Of a DNA stretch of 64,000 nt, positions 10,035 to 18,680 are shown in pieces. A model generated the notes under the pieces. The model was not told the origin of the DNA, searched no databases, and saw only the letters and a list, made by a program, of their open reading frames with translations. Made by a program: the position numbers and the translations under genes. Position 1 is the stretch's first letter, and each line of letters opens with the position of its first letter. The stretch is from an uncultured candidate division Zixibacteria bacterium. GTDB taxonomy: Bacteria > Zixibacteria > MSB-5A5 > GN15 > FEB-12. The DNA is taken from the NCBI GenBank assembly GCA_963664195.1, contig OY760907.1, forward strand, positions 160,001 to 224,000, read 5' to 3'.

Positions 10035-11360
10035 CTACACCCAGCCGCGGTCACGACAGGCGTTGGCAACGCGGTCAACGGCGATAACATACGCAGCCTC
10101 GCGCATGTACAGTTTCCGGCGCCGGGCCAGATCGCTCACCGCGATAAACGCATTCGTCATCGCCAGATCGAGCTTGCCAAGAACGTCATCCTTCTCCCAG
10201 AAGTAGTTCATGTTACACTGGACCTGCTCAAAGTAGCTGCACGTCACACCGCCTGCGTTGGCCAGAAAATCCGGGACCAGAAAAATACCGCGCTCCGCAA
10301 TGATCTTGTCGGCTTCCGGAGTAGTCGGGCCGTTGGCGCCCTCTGCGATGATCTTGACCCGCTTGCTGATCGATCCGGCATTCTTACCAGTGATCTGGTT
10401 TTCCAGAGCACACGGCATGAGGATGTCAACATCCTGTGTCAGCCAGGCGTCGCCGTCGGTCACTTCGTATCCGTTCTGTGCCGCCTTGGCTTTGTCGATA
10501 CCGCCGAAACGATCGGTCATACCGCGAAGCAGCTCAAGGTCCACGCCATCCTTCTTGATAAACGAATACGACTTCTGATCAGCCTGATCCCAACTCGAAA
10601 CGCAGACAACCTTGCCGCCAAGCTGGTGAAAAAGCTCAATCGCGTACTGCGAAACGTTGCCGAATCCCTGGATCGAAGCACGGGTGTCTTCCGGACGAAT
10701 GCCAAGCTCCTTGAGGGCTTCACGAACCGTGAAGATGACGCCGTAGCCGGTGGCCTCGGTACGTCCGAGCGAACCACCCATACCGACCGGCTTGCCGGTG
10801 ATGAAGCCCGGATACTTGCCGCCGTGGATATGTTCGTACTCGTCGAGCATCCAGAGCATGTGCTGTCCGTTGGTCATTACGTCCGGAGCCGGAACGTCCT
10901 GCACCGGTCCCACATTCCGTGCCAACTGACGAACCCACTGGCGACATATCTGCTCCTGCTCACGCTGGCTCAGGTTGTGCGGGTCGCAAATGACGCCCCC
11001 CTTGCCGCCGCCGAGCGGGATGTCGACCACGGCGCACTTCCAGGTCATCCACATCGACAGGGCGCGCACGGTGTCCACGGTTTCCAACGGGTGGAAGCGA
11101 ATACCGCCCTTTGAGGGGCCACGCGAGTCGTTATGCTGCACACGAAAACCGCGAAAAACCTGGACAGTACCATCATCCATGCGCACTGGAATCGAGAACT
11201 GGTATTCCCTCATCGGGTTGCGGAGCAGTGCGCGAACAGAGTCATCCAGACCAAGGACGTCGGCAGCTTTGTCAAACTGGGCCTGAGCCATTTCAAAAGC
11301 GTTAAACGGACGGGACTCTTCGGTCGCAACCGTTTTTGCTTCAGTCGTATTTGTGGACAT
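10035..11360 (-). CDS. gdhA: Glu/Leu/Phe/Val dehydrogenase, probably glutamate dehydrogenase
   Basis: KGGIRFHP, MTWKCA, PLGGGKGG, APDV, GRTEATG, QGFGNV, EGANGP, PDFLANAGGV; GGAGG RBS. Confidence 0.93.
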   Translation of the reverse strand: MSTNTTEAKTVATEESRPFNAFEMAQAQFDKAADVLGLDDSVRALLRNPMREYQFSIPVRMDDGTVQVFRGFRVQHNDSRGPSKGGIRFHPLETVDTVRALSMWMTWKCAVVDIPLGGGKGGVICDPHNLSQREQEQICRQWVRQLARNVGPVQDVPAPDVMTNGQHMLWMLDEYEHIHGGKYPGFITGKPVGMGGSLGRTEATGYGVIFTVREALKELGIRPEDTRASIQGFGNVSQYAIELFHQLGGKVVCVSSWDQADQKSYSFIKKDGVDLELLRGMTDRFGGIDKAKAAQNGYEVTDGDAWLTQDVDILMPCALENQITGKNAGSISKRVKIIAEGANGPTTPEADKIIAERGIFLVPDFLANAGGVTCSYFEQVQCNMNYFWEKDDVLGKLDLAMTNAFIAVSDLARRRKLYMREAAYVIAVDRVANACRDRGWV

Positions 11361-11533
11361 GTAAATTACCTCCGAATATCAGGAAAAATCTATCAGCCTA
11401 AGTTGTTATTTGCTTTCCGATACACTCCGCTTCAGGCAGGCAACAGGCCACAGTAGTCAGTCCGGTTGTATACGTCATAGCCCGTTGTCTGTCGAAGCAA
11501 GAATACTCATCGTTAACCTCGGAACGGGGCAAT

Positions 11534-11550
11534 GACAAGTCTGGTGCCAA
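11534..11550 (-). promoter_or_regulatory. Putative sigma54 -24/-12 promoter of the gdh operon
   Basis: TTGGCAC-CAGAC-TTGTC versus TGGCAC-N5-TTGC; adjacent to a bEBP gene. Confidence 0.65.
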
Positions 11551-11757
11551 AGTCGAAAAGTTTCTGTGCGACAAAAAGTAGTCTCGAGCACCGATCCACG
11601 ACAGCGCGACTCCCGTAGGATTGTAATGCGTTCGTAACAAAGGCGATATAGCAATCGAAGGCAGCTTGTCGTCGGCGAAAAGAATTGCATCAGCACCTGG
11701 CTGATTCGGCAAATCATACTGAAGACGGAGAAACTACAGGAATTGCTTGAAGCAAGT

Positions 11758-11774
11758 CATTTCATTTTGAAATG
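11758..11774. promoter_or_regulatory. Putative upstream activator site
   Basis: Palindrome CATTTCA-TTT-TGAAATG about 210 bp upstream of the sigma54 site. Confidence 0.55.
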
Positions 11775-11792
11775 GATCAGCAGGTACGTCGG

Positions 11793-13412
11793 TCAGGATT
11801 CTTTGGCTTTCAGCTTTCGCCAAAGGGTTGCGCCACCGATGCCGAGGATTTTGGCAGCTCTGGTGCGGTTTCCACCGGTTGATTCCAGCACTTTCTTGAT
11901 GTATGCGTCTTCAAGCTCTCTCAGACTGAGACCAACACCGGGAATCACCGCCGCTCTGGCGGTTCCTTCACGGACTTTGCGCGGGAGGCTTTCCTGGTAC
12001 ACGATGCCCCCGTGGCTGAGCACAGCAGCTCGTTCGAGGGCGTTCTCCAGTTCGCGGACGTTTCCGGGCCAATGATAGGCGAGCAGGTTGTCGGCGCAGT
12101 CCGGATGGAGTTTCAGCTTTTCAATGTTTAGCTTCTTGGACATTCGTTCGAGGATAAACCGGGCCAGCGGAAGAACGTCCTCTGGCCTGTCCCGCAACGG
12201 CGGAATCTCAATCTCGATGACCCTGAGACGATACAGGAGATCATCACGGAAGTCATTCTCTTCCACAGCCTTATCAATATCCCGATTCGTAGCGGCGATG
12301 ATTCGAACGTTTATTTTGCGAGGAGTGTTTTCACCGATCCGGGTGATTTCCCGCTCTTGCAGAACACGGAGAATCTTCATCTGAGTGGAAAGCGAGATAT
12401 CACCGATTTCGTCGAGGAAAATAGTGCCACCGCCAGCCTCCTCGAAAATGCCCACCCTGTCACGCACAGCCCCGGTGAAACTACCGCGCGTGTATCCGAA
12501 CAACTCGCTTTCGAGCAGTGTCTCAGGGAGCGCCCCGCAGTTCACGGCCAGGAATGGTCCTGACTCACGTTGTGACATAGTATGAAGATAGCGTGCTAGC
12601 ACCTCTTTGCCGACCCCGGTCTCCCCCGTTATCAGAACCGAGCTGTCAAACGGCGCGACCTGACCGGCCAGATCCAGCACCTGCTGCATCATGCGACTGC
12701 GTCCTTCGACGAAAAAAGGAACAGACTTGTGGCGCAGGAGGTCTATTTGTTTGCGTTGCCGGTTGAGTTCAGCCGACTTTTGCCTGAGTTCCCTGGTCAG
12801 GTGTTCGACCGTTCCTTTGATGTCATCCGCTTGAAAGAAGGGCAGATGCGGCTTGATTTCATCCCCCCACGAAGCTTCGTCTTGCCCAATGGCCTGGCAG
12901 AATCTGTCTCCCCTGGCATTGCAAAGCTGCTCGACAAAATAGATGTTTTTGCCAAGGCAATACGAAGCGTACCCGCTGGCATATCCGGTCATCTTCCAGC
13001 AAACAGGCTCCTTGGACAAACCCGTTTCCACCAGATGCTCCTCCGCCTCGCCCGAGTCATACCAAGAGCAATCCATGAAAAACCTGCCGGTGCCTTCGTC
13101 GTATTCGTATTCCCGGACACTTGCCCGCACCGCCCCTGCCATGGAGTGCATGCGAACGGACGCCTTCAGCCACTCCGCGGGACTTTCCCATTTGTAAATC
13201 CGTTGCAGCGCAGCAGCATCAGCCTGCCCCCAGAAATACCCGAACCGAGTGAACAGCCGCCGCGTCTGCTCCTTGCCAAGCATCTCAATAATATCCTTGC
13301 GAAACCGACCAAACGCGTTTATTGAATGTAATTCAAGGCGTCGCCCGTGGAGACTAATGTTCCCCTCGGCGATATTGATCAGCTCGTTAAACTCTAGATC
13401 ATCTGCCTTCAC
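11793..13412 (-). CDS. XylR/DmpR-type sigma54 enhancer-binding protein (XylR-N, V4R, AAA+, Fis HTH)
   Basis: FTRFGYFWG, EAEEH, PVCW..GYASGY, CNARGDRFC; GETGVGKE, GSFTGA, FLDEIG, WPGNVREL; HTH GNRTRAAKILGI. Confidence 0.93.
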   Translation of the reverse strand: MKADDLEFNELINIAEGNISLHGRRLELHSINAFGRFRKDIIEMLGKEQTRRLFTRFGYFWGQADAAALQRIYKWESPAEWLKASVRMHSMAGAVRASVREYEYDEGTGRFFMDCSWYDSGEAEEHLVETGLSKEPVCWKMTGYASGYASYCLGKNIYFVEQLCNARGDRFCQAIGQDEASWGDEIKPHLPFFQADDIKGTVEHLTRELRQKSAELNRQRKQIDLLRHKSVPFFVEGRSRMMQQVLDLAGQVAPFDSSVLITGETGVGKEVLARYLHTMSQRESGPFLAVNCGALPETLLESELFGYTRGSFTGAVRDRVGIFEEAGGGTIFLDEIGDISLSTQMKILRVLQEREITRIGENTPRKINVRIIAATNRDIDKAVEENDFRDDLLYRLRVIEIEIPPLRDRPEDVLPLARFILERMSKKLNIEKLKLHPDCADNLLAYHWPGNVRELENALERAAVLSHGGIVYQESLPRKVREGTARAAVIPGVGLSLRELEDAYIKKVLESTGGNRTRAAKILGIGGATLWRKLKAKES

Positions 13413-13426
13413 TATCAGAAGATTCC

Positions 13427-13478
13427 TTCATAATGAAATACAATCATTTCATTATAATATAGTTTGACGTTTTGTCAA
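13427..13478 (-). promoter_or_regulatory. sigma70 promoter of the activator overlapped by operator-like boxes
   Basis: TTGACA(13478-13473)-N16-TATAAT(13456-13451); TTCATAATGAA at 13427-13437 and CATTTCATTATAAT from 13445. Confidence 0.65.
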
Positions 13479-13640
13479 CTGTTAACTCGCCCGGACTTAA
13501 CTAATTGCTATGCTTGATATTACAGTTACGTCCCGTCCCACATTGGCGTTGATACGAGGATATTATCTGTCGTGTTTCGATTGGTGTATTCGGCATGAGG
13601 GTTCAGCGGGCGATTTTCGCGTGCTCGCCGACTGATCTGG

Positions 13641-13678
13641 AAAGGCCCGGCAACCGGGAAAAATCCGGTTGCCGGGCC
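13641..13678 (-). terminator. Intrinsic terminator-like hairpin
   Basis: 14-bp stem GGCCCGGCAACCGG / CCGGTTGCCGGGCC with a short T run, 40 nt after the stop at 13719. Confidence 0.7.
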
Positions 13679-13718
13679 GCGTACTAACCAGGCTCCTACC
13701 GAGCCGAGCTTCTGAGAG

Positions 13719-16436
13719 TTACTTCAGCAGAATCATCTTCCGCATATCGGTCAGGTCATCTGCCTGGAGTCTGTACAGGTAGACACCGCTGGCGACAGCC
13801 TCGGCGTTCCACGTCACGACGTGCGTGCCTGCCTCAAAGTAGCTCTTCGCGAGAGTGGCGACTTTCTGTCCACTGATATTGAAGACTTCGAGCGTCACAT
13901 CGCCGGCAACCGGCAGCGTGAAGCTGATCTCTGTCGATGGGTTGAACGGGTTCGGATAGTTCTGGCTCAGGGCAAATCCGTTCGGAAGCAGATCATCCAA
14001 CTGCGCAAAGCCGTCGTCGTCCTTGAACATCACGTTGCCAATACAGCACACGGGGATAACACCGGCCGGTATCATATCGCCAAGGTGGATCATCTGCAGA
14101 TACGTACGCGCTGCTCTGAGTTCACCTTCGGTGCCGGTCTCAAGGACATCGCTGTAATAGGTCAGTATCTGGCTGAGCGTGCCACCGTCGTCAGTAACCA
14201 CCATCATCTGGCTGGCCCTGTTCGAGACCACGTTCAGCATAAGAGCGAGCAGGTATTTCCTGACATACGACGCATAGCTGCGATCAGGATCGTTAGCCAG
14301 TGAGAAGACGATCTCGTCGAACGTCATCGGACGGGCCGGATCATCAGCAAATGTCAACAACGGACACTGGATCGCGTAGCCGTCGCTGCGATCGTAGAAG
14401 TGTTCGAAGATCAGTGCGCTCCAGTGCTCAACATCGGCAACCGTGAAGATATCCTTGCGCGGGCCATCTTCGGCCAGATCCGCAAGATAGAGTCTCCATG
14501 CCCACTTATGGAGGAACTTGCCCTGGTCGACCTGTTCAAGCTCGAAATTCACCTCCATATCAAGACCGGCGAGTGTGATCGGCACGGACGAAGCGCTGGC
14601 CGGGCTGAGGCTGAGCGGCACCGTAATCTCGACTGTATAATCGCCGGAGTTGATGTCCTCAAAACGATAGAGACCATCAACGTCGGTGTACATCATGGCC
14701 ATCGGCATGTTCATCGCATCGAGCAGATGGACCTCGACACCGAGCAGACCGACGCCTGCAACTGTCACCTGACCGAAAACGTCAGCCGTTTCCGAAACGC
14801 CGCAGTTCACCTGAATGTCCGTGGCACAGGTATTACCGTCGCCGTCGACCACCGTTACCGCGCCGTAACCAGGAATCGAGGGATCAGTGGCTGTAACCGA
14901 GTAGGTCACCGTAGGCGCACCCAGATCAAAAGGATCGACCGTGAGCGTGAGGTTCACGCTTCCCGGTGTCAGGCTGACGAAATAGACGCCGGTGGCTTCG
15001 TCGTGAATATCCGAAGCCATCAGTGATACCATACAACCGTCATTGCTGACCGTGTTGCAGACCGGCGGAATGGTATCATTCACCGGATTGATCGGCACAA
15101 AAAGTGCACCGCCGGGGAAAATGTACGAGTCGTACCCGTTGTACCCTTCGACCGTAATGCCGTGGGCCATCTGGGTTGACATCGTGGTGTGCGTACCGTC
15201 GTTGAGCGGAATGACCGCGGCCGAGTAGTCGCTGCCGGGAATGGGACTGAACAAGCCAGCGGCTACGACACTACCATCCAACAGGATCGTACCACCAGTG
15301 ACATCGTCGTTGTGGGCGATCATCGAAAGGTAGTTGTTGGCAAACTGGGACCCTCCGACGGTCGAAAACGTGTAGTCATACAGGTACTGTTCCGAGGGAG
15401 CGATATTCCCCATAGCGGGATCGCCATCGGTCGCACCGGGGTTACTGTCACCGGACATGAACTGGACTACGAAGATGGCGTTGTCACCCTCAAACACGTG
15501 ACTTCCAGTCAGGTACTCCACATCAAGATACTGTCCCGTATTGATCGTGCCAATCGCGACACCGTCCTGCATGACAGTAGTGTTGTCAGCGCCAGCGATA
15601 ATGCGATAGAAAGATCCTCCGTCACGCTGCGGCAGATTGGTCACAAAGACCCTGTTCCCCCAGCTCTGGAGCGGTTGAGCGACCTCGAAGACGTGATCGC
15701 AGGCGGCAACGGAGGCCGGAACATTCGCGCAGCGGTTGCCGTTGGTCATGGAAATCGGGAAATTCGACTCGATCATCGTGCCGGTTAGATCGGCACCCGG
15801 ACCGTTTCCGGCCGTTGTACGGGTGAAGTAGGCCTGTCCCCTGTCCAGATTGACCACAAACGGGACTCCGGCAGGGTGTCCACCCTGGAGCGCGTTGGTC
15901 GGGACAATGGTAACCTCAGTTCCGTCTGTCGCCGCGACGACGGCAAATTCCCCGGCATCGCTGCTGTGAAGACTGGACCCGGTATATGTTGCCACGATGA
16001 AATTGCGATTCATGGCGTCCACCGGAAGGGCAAGCGCCGCGTCGGACGTGTACGCATACCGGTTGATCATATAGCAAATGAACTCATCGGGAGCAACGGC
16101 ATGGACGGCATTGTTGTGGACAACGCCGACATTCCAACCGTTGGCCGCCTGATAAGGCAGCGATACAATCGTCACCGCCCCGGGTGCTACGGCCACAGTC
16201 GTTGTGAACGTTGGTGCTGCGAACGGATACTCGACCGTTACGTTGGTGGCGACATCCGAAGCAAGATGAAGTTCGACAGCAGGTGTGCTGTAATTGTGCA
16301 GGAAAGTCATGATGAACTCACGACCCTTATTGTCCAGGTATTCTGCCTGGGCAGACACCTGCATAACAAAGACAAGCGAAAGCAACAGGGACAGAATCAA
16401 GATTTTCGTCCCGCTATAACGTGAAAGAAAACTCAT
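13719..16436 (-). CDS. Secreted IgGFc-binding-domain protein with prealbumin/SdrD-like domain and T9SS/FlgD-Ig-like C-terminal domain
   Basis: Signal peptide; DNKGREF, CDHVFEVAQPLQSWG; TDVDGLYRF...GDYTVE; LSQNYPNPFNPST...MRKMILLK; AGGAG before ATG 16436. Confidence 0.85.
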   Translation of the reverse strand: MSFLSRYSGTKILILSLLLSLVFVMQVSAQAEYLDNKGREFIMTFLHNYSTPAVELHLASDVATNVTVEYPFAAPTFTTTVAVAPGAVTIVSLPYQAANGWNVGVVHNNAVHAVAPDEFICYMINRYAYTSDAALALPVDAMNRNFIVATYTGSSLHSSDAGEFAVVAATDGTEVTIVPTNALQGGHPAGVPFVVNLDRGQAYFTRTTAGNGPGADLTGTMIESNFPISMTNGNRCANVPASVAACDHVFEVAQPLQSWGNRVFVTNLPQRDGGSFYRIIAGADNTTVMQDGVAIGTINTGQYLDVEYLTGSHVFEGDNAIFVVQFMSGDSNPGATDGDPAMGNIAPSEQYLYDYTFSTVGGSQFANNYLSMIAHNDDVTGGTILLDGSVVAAGLFSPIPGSDYSAAVIPLNDGTHTTMSTQMAHGITVEGYNGYDSYIFPGGALFVPINPVNDTIPPVCNTVSNDGCMVSLMASDIHDEATGVYFVSLTPGSVNLTLTVDPFDLGAPTVTYSVTATDPSIPGYGAVTVVDGDGNTCATDIQVNCGVSETADVFGQVTVAGVGLLGVEVHLLDAMNMPMAMMYTDVDGLYRFEDINSGDYTVEITVPLSLSPASASSVPITLAGLDMEVNFELEQVDQGKFLHKWAWRLYLADLAEDGPRKDIFTVADVEHWSALIFEHFYDRSDGYAIQCPLLTFADDPARPMTFDEIVFSLANDPDRSYASYVRKYLLALMLNVVSNRASQMMVVTDDGGTLSQILTYYSDVLETGTEGELRAARTYLQMIHLGDMIPAGVIPVCCIGNVMFKDDDGFAQLDDLLPNGFALSQNYPNPFNPSTEISFTLPVAGDVTLEVFNISGQKVATLAKSYFEAGTHVVTWNAEAVASGVYLYRLQADDLTDMRKMILLK

Positions 16437-17049
16437 GGCTGTTTCTCCTAAGTCATTAGATTCCACTCATTGTGATTGCTTGCTCAAGAGATGTTGGGTC
16501 GGAAACGTACCGCAGCATACAAGTCCAACCGGCTCAATTGCGCCAGAAAAGCCGAGAGTTCGGCTGGATGCAGTCGTTCCCCGGACGGCTCAATAACTGT
16601 TAGACCGGGCTCCTCCTTTCCATGGATACCAAACCGTAAGTACCACGACATGATCACGCCGGACCAACGGCATGACGCCGAGTGTATCTTCTCGTCCGAC
16701 GAACCACCTCTCCCGCAATCGGGAGCGCCGGACAGGTTCATGTTTGCGACAACTTCAAACGGCATGTACGATTCGTGGACCGCATTAGTCCACGCTCAAA
16801 TACGCGACAGGCCTGCATTATCCTGTTTCATCCCCTGATCCGGGGCTTTGCCCGCGAGTGAGGCGGAACATAACAGAGATGTGTGAATCGCCCTGCCCGT
16901 AGCTTAGATGTAGTACCGTATGGTTGAAAACCCGTGTGACCACCCTCCCCCGAGACCATCCAAACTTCACCACACCAAAACGCGCATTCCGCATTTATCG
17001 AACAAGGATGCCGTCTCTTTGTGTGCTCTTCGATCGGATGCCCATCCGT

Positions 17050-17078
17050 AGACTATTCAGATCTGCTTTTTTTGTCAA
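17050..17078 (-). promoter_or_regulatory. Putative sigma70 promoter
   Basis: TTGACA-N17-TAGTCT in the intergenic region. Confidence 0.5.
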
Positions 17079-17183
17079 GTAAAATGTCTGTTAAACAATA
17101 CACACTTTGCAGTATGACGGATCAGATTCGAGGAATATAGAGATGTAGTGTCCCCAGAGACGCACGTTGCCAGTTTCAGTCAC

Positions 17184-18569
17184 TCACCTGTCGGCCAGCC
17201 AGGCGGTATCGCGGGCAAAGGCCTGACGAAACACGTGCGCGTAGAGGTCACCGTTTTCATCACGCAGAAAATCGAGGGTGCTCATGTGATCGTGCGCGAA
17301 GAAGAATCGGTCGACCGCCTCTGGATGAATTCTCATCGGCACACCGTTCATTCGCCTCGCAACAAGTTGTTCCCCCTGAAGTTCGATCTGGCGATAGTCG
17401 GACGAGTCAATATAATAACAGCCCGCGTAGCGTCGGAGTTGCTCTCGATCAATGGGCACAGGCGTCTTGATCGTCGGCAGTTCGTACTCCTCCCCCAACG
17501 TGATTGCAGCCAATCCCAGGGAGATTGTGTGAACGGGAACAAGAGCGTTGTTCGACAGCACTACAACACACACGGAGTCGTCGATCCATCGCTGGAACAT
17601 CGAAGCAAACCCGGGGGCGCCTCCTCCATGCGCAGTAAGTTGGTGACCACCAGGATCATCCACAAGCCAGCCGTATGCGTAGAAGGGTGTCTGCGGCGTG
17701 AGCATGAGTTCGATGCTGGCCGAAGGCAGCACAGACTCGGCGTACAGCGCCCGGTGCAGTGAGTAGAGATCGTCGAGTGTCGAGGCCAGCGCTCCTGCCG
17801 CGTGGCCACAACTCGGGTGAATCACCGGCGCCTTGATCGTGTCGTGTCTGGGGGCAGTAGGCATGCTGTATCCGACCGCAAAATCGTCACGCGTACCGTA
17901 ATCGACATAAACTCCGGTATTGAACATGCCGGCAGGATCAGTTACGTTCGTCCGAATATACTCTTCCCAGGTCTCCCCCGTCACGACTTCGATGATCTTG
18001 CCGAGCAGGATGTAGTTTGAGCTGCTGTAGGCGTAACGTGTTCCCGGCTCAAATTCAGGCGCCTGCGACTCGATGAAGGCAATCAAATCATCTACCGGAA
18101 TTTCTTCAGTCACACGCTCACGGAACCCGGCGTGGCGAATCAAGTCCGGAATGCCTGACTGGTGAGACAACAGGTGGTGAACCGTGACTGCCTTAGCTAC
18201 ATCGTTCTCATAATCTGTCAGATAGCGAGACAGATGATGATCGAGACTTAGCCTCCCTTCGTCGATCAATTGCATTACCGCTATCGCGGTGACCGCTTTG
18301 GTGGCTGATCCGATCAGGAACTTGCTGTCAGGGGTGAGCGGGCGGCGCCCCTCAAAGTCGGCCATACCGAATGACTCACGGAAGAGGATCGAATCCCCTT
18401 TGGCGACAAGGACGTTTCCGTTGAAGTGCCAGGTATCCACGGCACGGTCCATGTACTCCTGCAGTTCTGCATTTTTGCTCGGGGGCTCGCTGCATCCGGC
18501 AGACCAGATAAGCGCGAGGGCGCAAACGGCCACGATTACGAAGTTCTCAGAATGCTCGTTCCTGATCAT
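17184..18569 (-). CDS. Serine hydrolase, beta-lactamase/AmpC-like family, probable lipoprotein
   Basis: SAGC lipobox; GSATK (SxxK), LLSHQSG, FEPGTRYAYSSSNY, HGGG. Confidence 0.9.
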   Translation of the reverse strand: MIRNEHSENFVIVAVCALALIWSAGCSEPPSKNAELQEYMDRAVDTWHFNGNVLVAKGDSILFRESFGMADFEGRRPLTPDSKFLIGSATKAVTAIAVMQLIDEGRLSLDHHLSRYLTDYENDVAKAVTVHHLLSHQSGIPDLIRHAGFRERVTEEIPVDDLIAFIESQAPEFEPGTRYAYSSSNYILLGKIIEVVTGETWEEYIRTNVTDPAGMFNTGVYVDYGTRDDFAVGYSMPTAPRHDTIKAPVIHPSCGHAAGALASTLDDLYSLHRALYAESVLPSASIELMLTPQTPFYAYGWLVDDPGGHQLTAHGGGAPGFASMFQRWIDDSVCVVVLSNNALVPVHTISLGLAAITLGEEYELPTIKTPVPIDREQLRRYAGCYYIDSSDYRQIELQGEQLVARRMNGVPMRIHPEAVDRFFFAHDHMSTLDFLRDENGDLYAHVFRQAFARDTAWLADR

Positions 18570-18680
18570 GGTTCACTCCTGACGCTGGAAAGCTTCATCG
18601 CTGATACAGGAGCTACTCCGCCAGAGGGAGTTTTATTCGATGAAGTCTGAAGATATCCCACAAAATCCTCGGGACCTCTC

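Noticed and set aside
16815..16870. GGGCAAAGCCCC...GGGG resembling a c-di-GMP-I riboswitch
   Set aside because: No GNRA-capped stem followed by GACGCAAA, and no second stem
17184..18569. Antibiotic-resistance beta-lactamase call
   Set aside because: Motifs (YSS, HGG) fit the broad serine hydrolase/peptidase family; substrate cannot be inferred
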